DNA of 64,000 nt from an uncultured Actinomycetes bacterium (GTDB lineage Bacteria > Actinomycetota > Acidimicrobiia > IMCC26256 > PALSA-610). The notes below the pieces were generated by a model that saw only the letters and a program-made list of their open reading frames with translations, did not search any database and was not told where the DNA came from. Position numbers and translations under genes: made by a program. The DNA lies in contig CAWJBW010000003.1 in the NCBI GenBank assembly GCA_963841215.1, positions 680,269 to 744,268 on the forward strand, read 5' to 3'. Position 1 is the first letter of the stretch; every line of letters starts with the position of its first letter. Below, piece by piece: positions 14,480-24,794 of this stretch.

Positions 14480-15613
14480 TCAGCGTGTCGGGAGGTTCGG
14501 TGATGCCAGCGCGTCGGCCCCGTATCGGCGTCGGACCACCATCCACGGATCCGCGAATTGCGTGACGCCATCGCGTCGATTCTCCCAGGCCGCGTGCGCA
14601 CGCAGGGCAGGACGCGCGATCGGACCGATGAGTCTCGCTGCCTGTCGCTTCTTACCAAGTGATTCCGCGATCCACTGAACGGTCTCGTCCCAACGGTGGT
14701 TTTGGTATTCCAGCGCGCGCTGAGACTCGTTGGTGTCGAACCAGTCGGTCAGGCCCCAGGCGCTGTCGTCGTCTGGGTTGCCGGGTCGATTGATCGACGG
14801 GCCGATGCGGCCGAGGCCGATCGCGGTATAGCAGTCATTTTGTACTGCGGTGTGCGTCAGTACGTGAGACTCGTCGCCACCGATGACGAACGTGGTGCCG
14901 GAGACGGTGTCGATCCGGTCCGCAGCGTTGATGCAGGCGGCGGCCGCGTCCCGTGCGTCGACCATGTGCACGCGATTGTCGCGGGGCGTGATTCGCGCCA
15001 TCATCATCAAGTCGGCGCGGATCGCAGTCATTTGGTCCGGCGACATGATTCCGCCCATGCGCAGGATCACATGCTTCAGGCCGCTCATTGTCACAAGTTC
15101 TTCGGCGGCTGCCTTCTGCTCGCCATAGCAGTCGATGGGATTGATCGGGGTTGCCGGCGTGACGCGGCCAAGGTTGCGGTAGGGATTGCGTGAGCCGTTC
15201 ACGGCCGCGCTGGACGTGAGAATGAAGGCGCTCTCCGGTACGTGTTTGACGGCTGCGGCCACGAGATGTCGTGTGCCTTCCACGTTGACCTTCCGCGCTA
15301 CGGACGGATAGCGGTAGCACGCGGGAGAGACGACGGCTGCGAGGTGAATGATCGCCGCCGGCTGGCGCTCCTCGACCAGTTGCCGCACGGCTTCCGGGTC
15401 AAGCAGGTCGACCCATGCCGACAAGAGATCACCGCGGCCGTTCGCCTCCTGGGACAACGAGATCGCCGTCGATTCCGTCCCCGAGTTGCGCACGTCCAGC
15501 GCCACCACTGCACTGCCGCGCCCGAGAAGGACCTCGACGACACGGCGACCGAGAAGACCCATCGCGCCGGTGACCAAGACGGGGCGCGCCGCCTGATGGC
15601 TCCCTCCAGTCAT
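14480..15613 (-). CDS. NAD-dependent epimerase/dehydratase family protein
   Basis: Start MTGGSHQAARPVLVTGAMGLLGRRV (Rossmann GxxGxxG); extended-SDR layout with a YGEQK catalytic YxxxK. Intact. Its ATG overlaps the upstream gene's stop (ATGA). Confidence 0.85.
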   Translation of the reverse strand: MTGGSHQAARPVLVTGAMGLLGRRVVEVLLGRGSAVVALDVRNSGTESTAISLSQEANGRGDLLSAWVDLLDPEAVRQLVEERQPAAIIHLAAVVSPACYRYPSVARKVNVEGTRHLVAAAVKHVPESAFILTSSAAVNGSRNPYRNLGRVTPATPINPIDCYGEQKAAAEELVTMSGLKHVILRMGGIMSPDQMTAIRADLMMMARITPRDNRVHMVDARDAAAACINAADRIDTVSGTTFVIGGDESHVLTHTAVQNDCYTAIGLGRIGPSINRPGNPDDDSAWGLTDWFDTNESQRALEYQNHRWDETVQWIAESLGKKRQAARLIGPIARPALRAHAAWENRRDGVTQFADPWMVVRRRYGADALASPNLPTR

Positions 15614-16656
15614 GGCCCTGTAGCGAAGGGAACGGTGGTGGGCACCGTGCTGCCATCTGGCATCACCAGCTCGCCGTCCGCGTTTATGTACCCGGATTCC
15701 TTGGTCGGAATGGGCACGTTCGGGTCTGGGCAAGCGCGGTCGCTGCCGCTGCCCTCACCGCATACGGACTGCGTGAAGTACGAACGCTCGAGCACATCCT
15801 TGGGCCAGGGGTCGGCGTGCATGGCGATCCACTGCGCCGGAATGTTGTAGAAGACGAAGAAGCACGCGCTGACGGCCCCGAAAATTGCGAGAAAGCGCAC
15901 GAACTGCTGCTTCGCAAAACCACCCCGGACGTTCTCCAAGCCGCGCTCGACGAATGTGCGCTCGCGATCGTCGGTGAAGAACTTGATCGAGGCAAGACCG
16001 GTCTCGACCGCGCCCCACATCAGGCCCTCATAGATCGGCCATTGGTAGTAGTGACCCACGTTGATCGACAACGATCGAATTGCCCCGGGGTAGGAATAGA
16101 GGCCCATCGGCAACACGATGCACGCCTCCATGATGAAGTCGAAGACGAACGCCATGGCGTAGGTGAGGAGGATCAAGCGGAAGGTCGTGATGTGCGGCCA
16201 CCTCGCCTTGATCTTTCGCATGCCTCCGACGAGGAGCATCGTGCACAGGAGCACGCCCCACGTGTAACCGGGCGCGTTGGTCAGGAGTGGTTCTGCCACC
16301 TGGTGACCCGGCGACTCGGGTGAGACCCATCCGGGGATGTCCGACGACCAAGAGCCGCGGTTGAACAGCCAGGTGTTATAGGTGCACCAGGTGTTGAAGT
16401 AGTTCAGCAGCGGGTCCTGAAAGAACATCAGTCCCATGGAGGCCATCAGCATGGCGTTCAGGCTGATGCGCCGGTCGCGTATCCATGGCTTGATCGCCCA
16501 GAACCAGACGGCGATCGGCAGACCCACCCACATGACGACCGACTGGATCGTCAGCAGCACCTTCATGAGCGTCGGCGGCTCGGTCGGCCCGCTGGAAACG
16601 GGTGTGAAGAACGGACCGCTGACCCACTTGATCCACACGTAGAGCTCGAGGGCCAA
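15610..16656 (-). CDS. polytopic membrane protein (AveC/spirocyclase-like family, tentative)
   Basis: 348-aa intact ORF with about seven hydrophobic helices and Trp/aromatic-rich loops (FFQDPLLNYFNTWCTYNTWLFNRGSW). Family assignment is from memory only. The true start may lie upstream (up to about 16750). Confidence 0.6.
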   Translation of the reverse strand: MALELYVWIKWVSGPFFTPVSSGPTEPPTLMKVLLTIQSVVMWVGLPIAVWFWAIKPWIRDRRISLNAMLMASMGLMFFQDPLLNYFNTWCTYNTWLFNRGSWSSDIPGWVSPESPGHQVAEPLLTNAPGYTWGVLLCTMLLVGGMRKIKARWPHITTFRLILLTYAMAFVFDFIMEACIVLPMGLYSYPGAIRSLSINVGHYYQWPIYEGLMWGAVETGLASIKFFTDDRERTFVERGLENVRGGFAKQQFVRFLAIFGAVSACFFVFYNIPAQWIAMHADPWPKDVLERSYFTQSVCGEGSGSDRACPDPNVPIPTKESGYINADGELVMPDGSTVPTTVPFATGP

Positions 16657-16872
16657 GACAGCCGCGCCGACCAGCGCCCAGACCTTGACTGGACTGCTCG
16701 GCGGGCTCTCACCTCCGACTCGGTCCGATGGCCGATCGCGTGACCAGCGGTTCGCTCATCTCGGCGGTCCTCTCCACATGACCGGGCGAAACAAATCAAT
16801 CGCTTGATTGGTTCGGTAGTCTGGGTTGTGGCGTGACGCACGTCAAGAAGAGCGGTCCGTTCCGACGAGGAA

Positions 16873-17520
16873 GTGCGGTGCGCGGTGGCCAACAGCGAGT
16901 CGCCCCTCGGGCGGCCAATCGGATCGATAGGCGAGGACACCCGACGACGCATCATTGCGGCCGCGATGCAATGCGTCGCCGAGCGCGGTTACGCCCGAGC
17001 AACGATCCGCGAGATCGCGCGCACCGCCGACATCACGAGCGGCAGCCTCTATCACTACTTCCCAAACAAGGCCGAGATCGTGAAGGCCACATACCTCGAG
17101 GTCAGTGAGGCGACGATGCCGCAGCTGGCGGCCGCCGCGGAACAGGCGGAAAGCGTGGTGGACAAGCTCGTGGCAGTGATCGACCAAGGCAGTCAGATCA
17201 TGCAGGACTATCCCTACGCCATCCCGTTCGACCGGGCCATCCGTGCGCCCGGCGTCGACGACGCGGCACTGCCAAAGATCAGCGAAAGCATCTTCGCTGC
17301 CCTCGGCAACATCGTCGAAGGTGTCATCCACCAAGCGCACCGCGACGGTGAGCTGAACCCAACCGTCACCGCTGCGGGCGCGACCAACGCAGTGTTCGCC
17401 GTACTGCGCGGCCTGTACGACTCCGGGCTCTCATCACCGAACGAGTTCCACGACACGGTGCAAGCGATACGACTCTTGATGCAGGGCAGCCTGGTCAACG
17501 GCTCCCGAGTTGACGCGTAA
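16873..17520 (+). CDS. TetR/AcrR family transcriptional regulator
   Basis: N-terminal HTH RRRIIAAAMQCVAERGYARATIREIARTADITSGSLYHYFPNK; intact 215 aa. Confidence 0.85.
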   Translation: MRCAVANSESPLGRPIGSIGEDTRRRIIAAAMQCVAERGYARATIREIARTADITSGSLYHYFPNKAEIVKATYLEVSEATMPQLAAAAEQAESVVDKLVAVIDQGSQIMQDYPYAIPFDRAIRAPGVDDAALPKISESIFAALGNIVEGVIHQAHRDGELNPTVTAAGATNAVFAVLRGLYDSGLSSPNEFHDTVQAIRLLMQGSLVNGSRVDA

Positions 17521-17565
17521 CAGCGCGGAGTGGTTCGGATGATCTGCGACGCACACCTGGCGCGC

Positions 17566-18201
17566 TCACTTCGATCTCCTCGTGCTGCGTGGACGCGGGC
17601 CCTCGAGGGCTCGAATGTGGCGTTCGACGAGCGCGACCGTTTCGTCGTGACCTAGTCCGACGCCGAACGCTTCGTCGGTCTTGAGATACCGCGAGATTCC
17701 CGAGAGCAGAACGATTACTGCCGCGGGCGGCCATTCCTTCGGATCCAGGCCGTAACCTTCGAGCACGTCGGATAAGCCGTCGAGCTGCATGCGACGAAAC
17801 TTGCGCGAGTTCTCGACCATGACAGTCTTGACGGCCTTACGGTGATTCGCCAACGCGATGAACTCGATCATCAGTTCGGTGCTCGACGGGTCTTGCATCG
17901 CGTCCCACAACGCCCACAGCGGTTGCCGCGAGGCCAGTGCCTCGCCGATGCGAACCGCGCCTCGCTCGGCACTACGGCGGAAGATCGCAATGAACAGGTC
18001 GTCCATCGTCCCGAAGTAGTAGTGGACGAGGGCCTTGTCGGTGCCGGCCTTCGCCGCGATGCGGCGCGTGCTGACTGCCGCGTAGCCCTCATCGAGCATG
18101 ATCGCTTCGGCCGCATCGAGTAGCGCGTCGTGCGCCGATGGAGTTTGTTCTCCAGTTGGTCGCCCGCGCGTTCGAACGACTGGGCTTGCGCTCTTCGTCA
18201 C
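17566..18201 (-). CDS. TetR/AcrR family transcriptional regulator
   Basis: HTH ALLDAAEAIMLDEGYAAVSTRRIAAKAGTDKALVHYYFGT; intact 211 aa. Divergent from the oxygenase cluster. Confidence 0.85.
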   Translation of the reverse strand: MTKSASPVVRTRGRPTGEQTPSAHDALLDAAEAIMLDEGYAAVSTRRIAAKAGTDKALVHYYFGTMDDLFIAIFRRSAERGAVRIGEALASRQPLWALWDAMQDPSSTELMIEFIALANHRKAVKTVMVENSRKFRRMQLDGLSDVLEGYGLDPKEWPPAAVIVLLSGISRYLKTDEAFGVGLGHDETVALVERHIRALEGPRPRSTRRSK

Positions 18202-18249
18202 TCGGTGAATTATAGTTCGTCGGCCGACGAATTATCGGGGAGGTTGCGA

Positions 18250-19512
18250 ATGGGGCGCTGGCCCAAGCCCGCCGAGGGCACCTGGACGCAGCACTACCCG
18301 GAGCTCGGCACCGCGCCGATCTCGTTCGACGACTGCGTCTCGCCCGAGTTCTATGAACTCGAACGGGAGGCGATCTTCAAGCGGTGCTGGCTGAACGTCG
18401 GCCGAGTCGAACAGCTTCCCCGAAAGGGGAGCTATTTCACGAAGAACATCGATGTCGCGAACGCGTCGCTCATCGTGGTCCGCGATCGTGACGGCGCCGC
18501 CCGCGCGTTTCACAACACCTGCCGTCATCGGGGCAACCGACTCGTGTGGAGTGACGACCCTCGCGAGGAGACGCAGGGGTTCTGCCGGCAGTTCGTGTGC
18601 AAGTACCACGGCTGGCGCTACGGCATCGACGGCGAACTCACCTTCATCCAACAGGAGAACGAGTTCTTCGACGTCGACAAAGATGCGAACGGGTTGGTTC
18701 CGGTTCACTGCGACGTGTGGAACGGGTTCGTCTTCGTGAACCTCGACCGGGAACCGCGTCAGAGCTTGCGCGAGTTTCTCGGGCCGATGATCACGGCGCT
18801 CGACGACTACCCCTTCGGCGCGTGTGCGGAGCACTACGACTTCGAAGCGCACAACAACAGCAACTGGAAGCTGTTCGCGGACGCGTTTCAGGAGTACTAC
18901 CACGTGCCGTCGCTGCATTCGCAGCAGATACCGCCGGCGGTACGACCTCCGAACATGGCGGTCGAATGCGCGCACTTCGGTATCGACGGCCCGCATCGCG
19001 TCGTCAGCACTGCCGGGGCGCGCCGGTGGACGATGCCGCCGGAAGCCATGTACCCGATTGAGCGCGCGACCAAGAGCGGCCTGGTCGGTCCATGGGAGAC
19101 ACCTGATCTCGGGCCGCTGCCGGCGGGACTGAACCCCGGTGGCGTCGAGCCGTGGGGCATCAGCAATTTTCAGATCTTTCCGAACACGGAGATCTTGATC
19201 TACGGCGGGTGGTGGCTCGTCTACCGGTATTGGCCGACATCGCCGGGCACCCATCGTTTCGAAGGCACGCTCGCGTTTCACCCGGCCCGCACGGTGCGCG
19301 AGCGGATCGAGCATGAAGTTGCGGCGGTTGTCTTCAAAGAGTTCGCGCTGCAGGACGCGGGCATGCTCGGTGGCACGCAGGCCGCGCTCGAGTCGCGCGT
19401 GCTCGACCGGTTCCCGCTCAACGACCAAGAGATTCTCGTTCGCCACTTCCACGCAGTTGTCGGCGAGTGGGTCGACCGGTACCGCCAGGAGAACGCGATG
19501 GTCGACGCGTGA
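18250..19512 (+). CDS. Rieske [2Fe-2S] oxygenase, alpha-subunit type (copy 1)
   Basis: Rieske ligands CRHRGNRL...CKYHGWRY, then a catalytic domain with FQEYYHVPSLH. Intact 420 aa and alignable along its whole length with 20702..21972. Confidence 0.85.
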   Translation: MGRWPKPAEGTWTQHYPELGTAPISFDDCVSPEFYELEREAIFKRCWLNVGRVEQLPRKGSYFTKNIDVANASLIVVRDRDGAARAFHNTCRHRGNRLVWSDDPREETQGFCRQFVCKYHGWRYGIDGELTFIQQENEFFDVDKDANGLVPVHCDVWNGFVFVNLDREPRQSLREFLGPMITALDDYPFGACAEHYDFEAHNNSNWKLFADAFQEYYHVPSLHSQQIPPAVRPPNMAVECAHFGIDGPHRVVSTAGARRWTMPPEAMYPIERATKSGLVGPWETPDLGPLPAGLNPGGVEPWGISNFQIFPNTEILIYGGWWLVYRYWPTSPGTHRFEGTLAFHPARTVRERIEHEVAAVVFKEFALQDAGMLGGTQAALESRVLDRFPLNDQEILVRHFHAVVGEWVDRYRQENAMVDA

Positions 19513-19843
19513 CGGCGATGCTGCCGCGAGCGTTCGCGGAGTTCGAGTCGTTCGCGCCGGTGTGGTGCTTGCCAACCGAGGTTGAGCGGTGGCAGTCAGC
19601 GCCATTGCAGCACCATGGCGGAGCTCAGCGCGTTCTATGACGCGTTCTTTCCCGCGTCTCGAAGAAGCGATCGAGTTTTGCGACCAGTTTCCGCTCGACG
19701 ATCTTCCCGCCGACGTCACGAACTTGCTGCAGCTGATCCATTCCCTCGTCATGGTGGCGATGGCGGTCGAGATTTTCGGTCAGCCGAAGACGATCGATGC
19801 CGCCGACGCGGTCCTGGATCGCATCCGGGAGCCGTTGCCGTGA
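19509..19843 (+). CDS. small conserved hypothetical protein paired with Rieske oxygenase (copy 1; two frame switches near 19590 and 19650)
   Basis: GTG 19509 overlaps the oxygenase stop (GTGA). The pieces MLPRAFAEFESFAPVWCLPTEVERW / STMAELSAFYDAFFP / RLEEAIEFCDQFPLDDLPADVTNLLQLIHSLV align with the intact paralogue at 21969..22298. Confidence 0.6.
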
Positions 19844-20688
19844 TCACGATCGAGACCCGGCCGCTGGGTGCGAGCGTCGGTGCCGAGGTGCTCGGCGTCG
19901 ACGCCGAACAACTCGTCAACGACGCTGCGATCGCGCCCGAGCTCGTCGACGCGCTCGAGGCGAATGGCGTCCTCCTCTTTCGCGGGTTGCACCTGCCGCC
20001 CGAGCAGCAAGTCGCGTTCTGCCGCCACATCGGCGAGGTCGACAGCTCGAACGGCAACCACGATGTCGACGGCATCTACCGGGTCTCACTCGACCCCACG
20101 ACGAATCGGCGTTCCGCCGCCTACCTCCTCGGCACCTTTGCCTGGCACGTCGACGGTTGTACGCCCGATGGCGACGAGTGCCCGCAGATGGCGACCGTCT
20201 TGAGCGCCAAGGCCGTTTCTCAGGACGGCGGTGAGACCGAGTTCGCGAGCAGCTATCGGGCGTATGACGATCTCGCCGACGACGAAAAGGTGCACCTCTC
20301 GACCCTGCGGGTCGTGCATTCGCTCGAAGCGTCGCAACGGCGCGCGACACCCGATCCGTCGCCGAAACAACTGGCGGCATGGAGATCGCGGCGCGCCCCA
20401 CGAGCACCCGCTGGTGTGGACGCACCGCAGCGGGCGCCGATCGCTCTTGCTCGGCGCGTCGGCCGATCACGTCGTCGGGATGGATCTCGACGACGGGTCG
20501 CGCACTGCTCGAAGCGCTGCTCGCAACGCGCGACCACGCCCGATCGCGTCTACCGGCACGAGTGGTCGGTCGGCGACACCGTGATCTGGGACAACCGCGG
20601 CGTGTTGCACCGCGCCGCGCCCTACGACCCGTCGTCCGGGCGAGAGATGTTGCGTACGACGATCCTCGGCGACGAGCCGATCCAATAG
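19840..20688 (+). CDS. TauD/TfdA family Fe(II)/2-oxoglutarate dioxygenase (three frame switches, 20385-20530)
   Basis: ITIETRPLGASVGAEVLGVD, FAWHVDG (HxD iron ligands), ATVLSAKAVSQDGGETEFAS, HPLVWTHRSGRRSLLLG, VIWDNRGVLHRAAPY. Confidence 0.8.
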   Translation: MITIETRPLGASVGAEVLGVDAEQLVNDAAIAPELVDALEANGVLLFRGLHLPPEQQVAFCRHIGEVDSSNGNHDVDGIYRVSLDPTTNRRSAAYLLGTFAWHVDGCTPDGDECPQMATVLSAKAVSQDGGETEFASSYRAYDDLADDEKVHLSTLRVVHSLEASQRRATPDPSPKQLAAWRSRRAPRAPAGVDAPQRAPIALARRVGRSRRRDGSRRRVAHCSKRCSQRATTPDRVYRHEWSVGDTVIWDNRGVLHRAAPYDPSSGREMLRTTILGDEPIQ

Positions 20689-20701
20689 GAACGACCCAGA
20701 G

Positions 20702-21972
20702 ATGTCTCGCTTTCCCAAACCGCCCGAGGGCTCGTGGACCGAGCACTACCCCGAGCTCGGAACGCAGCCCGTCGCGTACGAGGACTCGATCTCGCCCGAG
20801 ATCTACGAGCTCGAGCGAGAAGCAATCTTCAAGCGGGCCTGGCTGAACGTCGGCCGCGTCGAACAGATACCGCGGACCGGCAGTTACTTCACCAAAGAGC
20901 TCGCGGTCGCGAGCACATCGATCATCGTCGTGCGCGACCGCGACGGCGCGGTCAATGCGTTCCACAACGTCTGCCGGCACCGCGGCAACAAGCTGGTGTG
21001 GAGCGACGATCCGCGCGCCGAGACACAAGGCACCTTTCGGCAATTCGTCTGCAAGTACCACGGCTGGCGCTACGACCTCGACGGCAGCCTGTCCTTCGTG
21101 CAACAAGAGGACGAGTTCTTCGACCTCGACAAGAGCTGTCACGGACTGGTGCCCGTGCACTGCGACGTGTGGGCCGGCTTCATCTTCGTCAACCTTGCGC
21201 CCGAGCCCGAACAATCGCTGCACGAGTTTCTCGGCCCGATGATCACCGCGCTCGAGGGATATCCGTTCGAACAGATGACGGAGCGATTCGCGTATCGCAC
21301 GGACGTGCGCGCGAACTGGAAGCTCTTCATGGACGCGTTCGCGGAGTTCTACCACGCACCGGTCCTGCACGCGAAGCAGTCACGGGAGCGCTACGCGGCC
21401 GCCGGCGAGAAGTACGGCTTCGAAGCGCCGCACTATCGCATCGAAGCACCACACCGGCTCGTCAGCACGTCGGGTGTGCGCAACTGGGAGATGGGCGACG
21501 ACGCGGTCAAGCCGTCGGAAGTCCTGACGCGCGGCGGATTGTTCGGCCCGTGGGACAAGCCCGACCTCGGCGAGATGCCGCCCGGCCTGAACCCAGGGCG
21601 CTGCAAACCGTGGGGACTCGACTCGTTCCAGCTGTTCCCGAACTTCGTCATCCTGATCTGGAACCAGGGCTGGTACCTCACGTACAACTACTGGCCGACG
21701 TCGTACAACACGCACACCTTCGAGGGGAACGTGTACTTCCTGCCCGCGCAGACGGCACGGGAACGCGTCGCGCACGAGATGACGGCCGTGACGTTCAAGG
21801 AGTTCGCGCTGCAGGACGGCAACACGCTCGAAGCGACGCAGGTGTCGTTGGAAACGCGGGCGGTCGATCACTTTCATCTCAACGACCAGGAAGTGCTGTT
21901 GCGCCACCTGCACAAGGTCGCCGGCGACTGGGTCGACGACTACCAGCACGCGCCGCGAGGGCACGCGCATGA
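20702..21972 (+). CDS. Rieske [2Fe-2S] oxygenase, alpha-subunit type (copy 2); stop apparently lost by a late frame change
   Basis: CRHRGNKL...CKYHGWRY with a full-length match to copy 1. The literal ORF runs on to 24304 through three downstream genes. By analogy with copy 1 the gene should end at the ATGA junction near 21969-21972. Confidence 0.8.
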
Positions 21973-22298
21973 CGATGCTCCCCGGCGAGTTTGCCGATCT
22001 CGAACCGCTCGCCGAGAAGTGGTGTCTCGCGTCCGAACCCGAGCGCTACGAGACGCGGCTCGCCACGGCGATGCCCGAACTGCAGGCGGTCTACGACGCG
22101 CTCGAGCCGCGCATTGCCGCCGCGATCGACTACTGCGACCAGTACGCGCTCGACGACATGCCCGACGACGTCGTCAACCTGATGCGCCTCATCTACTCGT
22201 TCATCAACGTGTCGTTCCCCGTCGAGGTGTGGCTCCAGCCCCGCGTCCCCGACAGCGGATCGGCGTATTTCACCTGCTTCGTGGAGCCGCGCCCATGA
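21969..22298 (+). CDS. small conserved hypothetical protein paired with Rieske oxygenase (copy 2, intact, 109 aa)
   Basis: MTMLPGEFADLEPLAEKWCLASEPERYETRLATAMPELQAVYDALEPRIAAAIDYCDQYALDDMPDDVVNLMRLIYSF... No family recognised; paralogue of 19509..19843. Confidence 0.65.
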   Translation: MTMLPGEFADLEPLAEKWCLASEPERYETRLATAMPELQAVYDALEPRIAAAIDYCDQYALDDMPDDVVNLMRLIYSFINVSFPVEVWLQPRVPDSGSAYFTCFVEPRP

Positions 22299-23549
22299 CC
22301 GACGTCACCGTTCTGCGTGCCGACCGCTGGGTCGACGTCGAAGCGGGGGAGGTCCGGACGCCGGCCGTCATCGTCATCGAGGGCAATCGCATCGTCGCGG
22401 TCAACCCCGGCCGACGTGCCGTCGCCGGCCACCGAGATCGACCTCGGCGACGTGACGCTGTTGCCGGGCCTGATGGACATGGAGATCAACCTTCTGCTCG
22501 GCGGGCCCAACACCGGGTCGCCGGTGCGGCGCGCCGTGCACGGCGTGCAGGACGATCCCGTGTTCCGGACGTTGCGCGCGACCGTGAATGCTCGCACGAC
22601 CCTCCTCGCCGGCTTCACGACCGTGCGCAACCTCGGGCTCATGGTGAAGACCGGCGGATATCTCCTCGATGTCGCGCTGCAACGATCGATCGACGCCGGT
22701 TGGGTCGTCGGACCGCGTGTCATCCCGGCCGCGCACGCCATCACGCCGACCGGCGGTCACCTCGACCCGACCATGTTCCAGCGCATGGCGCCGCGCGTGC
22801 TGCCGTTGAGCGTCGAGGAAGGCATCGCAAACGGTGTGCCCGAGGTACGGCAGTCGGTGCGGTATCAGATCAAGCACGGCGCGCAGGTCATCAAGATCTC
22901 GGCGTCGGGCGGCGTCATGTCGCACAGCGGCGAAGCCGGCGCGCAGCAGTACTCCGACGAGGAGCTGTGTGCGATCGTCGACGAGGCCCACCGAGCCGGC
23001 TTGCGCGTCGCCGCGCACGCGCACGGCGACGCCGGCATCCGCGCCTGCATTCGCGCCGGTGTCGACTGCATCGAGCACGGCTCGCTCGCGACCGACGACA
23101 CGATCGCGCTGATGGTGAAGCACGGAACGTTCCTCGTCCCGACGAGCTATCTCGCCGAAGGTCTCGACATCTCGATGGCCGCGCCCGAGCTGCAAGCCAA
23201 GGCCGCCGTGGTGTTCCCGCAGGCGAAGCAGATGCTCGGCCGGGCGATCAAGGCGGGCGTCAAGATCGCCTGCGGCACCGACGCGCCCGCCGTGCCGCAC
23301 GGGAAGAACGCCAAAGAGTTGTGGGCGATGGTCGACCGGGGCATGACGCCGATGCAGGCGCTGCAGGCCGCGACGATGACGAGCGCCGAGCTCATCAACC
23401 GCAGCCACGAGCTCGGACGCCTCGCACCCGGATATCTCGCCGACATCATCGCCGTTCCCGGCGACCCGGCCGAGGACATCACGATGACCGAGGACGTCCG
23501 CTTCGTCATGAAGGACGGCGTCGACTACTCCGGGACCCCGCGCCGATGA
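22295..23549 (+). CDS. amidohydrolase family metallo-hydrolase (one frame switch near 22410)
   Basis: Start MTDVTVLRADRWVDVEAGEV..., LLPGLMDMEINLL, IKISASGGVMS, AHRAGLRVAAHAHG, CIEHGSL, ACGTDAP, ADIIAVPGDP. This is the typical amidohydrolase-superfamily motif order. Confidence 0.8.
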
Positions 23550-24290
23550 GCCGCATCGCGGTGGTAACCGGCGCGGCGTCGGGCATGGGGGAGGCGATCA
23601 CGCGTCACCTCGCACAGTCCGGCCACGCGGTCGCGCTGTTCGACATCGACGCGTCGAAGGCAGCGCGCGTCGCCGAGGAAGCTGACGGCGGACGGTGCTC
23701 GCGCAGTCGGCTACGCCGTCGATGTTGCCGATCGCGCGACCGTCGACGCGGCGATGGCGAAGGTCCGAGCCGAACTCGGACCGGTCGGCATCGTCGTGAC
23801 GAGCGCCGGTCGTTCGAAGTTCGAGCCGTTCGAAACGATCACCGAGGAATCCTGGCAGGGAGTCTTCGCCGTCAACATGCTCGGGACGTTTCATTGCGTC
23901 CAGTCGGCAATCGCCGACATGGTGACCGAGGGTTGGGGCCGCGTCGTCACCATCTCGTCGTCGAGCGGGCAGCAGGGTGCGCACGGCGCCGCGCACTACG
24001 CGTCGTCGAAGGGAGCGGTCATCACGTTCACGAAGGCGCTCGCCAAGGAATACGGCCGCCACGGCATCACGGTGAACAACATCGCACCGTCGCTGATCGA
24101 CACGCCGATGCAAGAAGCGGCGTCGAGCGCCGGGAACATCCCGAGCCGCGAGGCCATGGCCAAGCGCAGTCTGCTGCGCCGGCTCGGCACGGTCGACGAA
24201 GTCGCGAGCACATGCGCGTTCGTCTGCTCCGACGCCGCCAGTTACATCACCGGCCAAGTCATCGGCGTCAACGGCGGTTCCGTCCTGTGA
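23546..24290 (+). CDS. short-chain dehydrogenase/reductase (FabG-like; one frame switch near 23690)
   Basis: IAVVTGAASGMGEAI (TGxxxGxG), SSSSG...YASSKGAV (S...YxxxK), NNIAPSLIDTPM, ASYITGQVIGVNGG. Confidence 0.8.
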
Positions 24291-24309
24291 ACGTGATCCA
24301 CTAGCTCGC

Positions 24310-24650
24310 ATGGACCTCGAGTTCTCCGACGAGCAGGCGGCGCTGCGCGACAACGTCCGATCTGTGATCGCTCGCGTGTGCCCGCCCTCGGTGGCGCGCG
24401 GGATGTTCGAAGGACAGCCGGCACCACCGGCGATCTGGAACACGATGGTCGACCTCGACTGGCCGGGACTCGCCATCGCCGAGGACCTTGGTGGACTTGG
24501 CTCGACGTTCGTGGAGCTGGCGATCGTCGCCGAGGAACTCGGGCGCGCCACGGTCCCGAGTCTGCGCGCCCGCCTTCGTAGCCTCTCCGAGCGCGGCGCG
24601 CTCGACCACATGCGCGAGCTGCTTTGCAAACGCCGTCGACGGTGCGAGCA
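24310..24650 (+). pseudogene. acyl-CoA dehydrogenase, N-terminal fragment only (3'-truncated)
   Basis: MDLEFSDEQAALRDNVRSVIARVCPP...WNTMVDLDWPGLAIAEDLGGLGSTFVELAIVAEELGRA is a typical ACAD N-terminal domain. No middle or C-terminal domain follows; the sequence runs into repeat module A. Confidence 0.65.
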
Positions 24651-24794
24651 GATGACCCCATGTCGGCCTTTGTGCGCTGGTCGGAGCGGGCTCCCACGAG
24701 ACCAACATCCCATTGCCGGAAGCGAGTGCCGCCCTTCTCTGATTAGGGCTATGCCGGCGGAGTCGACCGGAGTCGGTACCGGTAATCACGGGCC

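Noticed and set aside
20702-24304. 1200-aa ORF that would be by far the largest protein in the island
   Set aside because: Only the first about 420 aa (Rieske oxygenase) look like protein. The rest is Arg/Ala/Pro-rich read-through across three genes that are clearly encoded in other frames (small protein, amidohydrolase, SDR). It is an artefact of high GC plus a lost stop.
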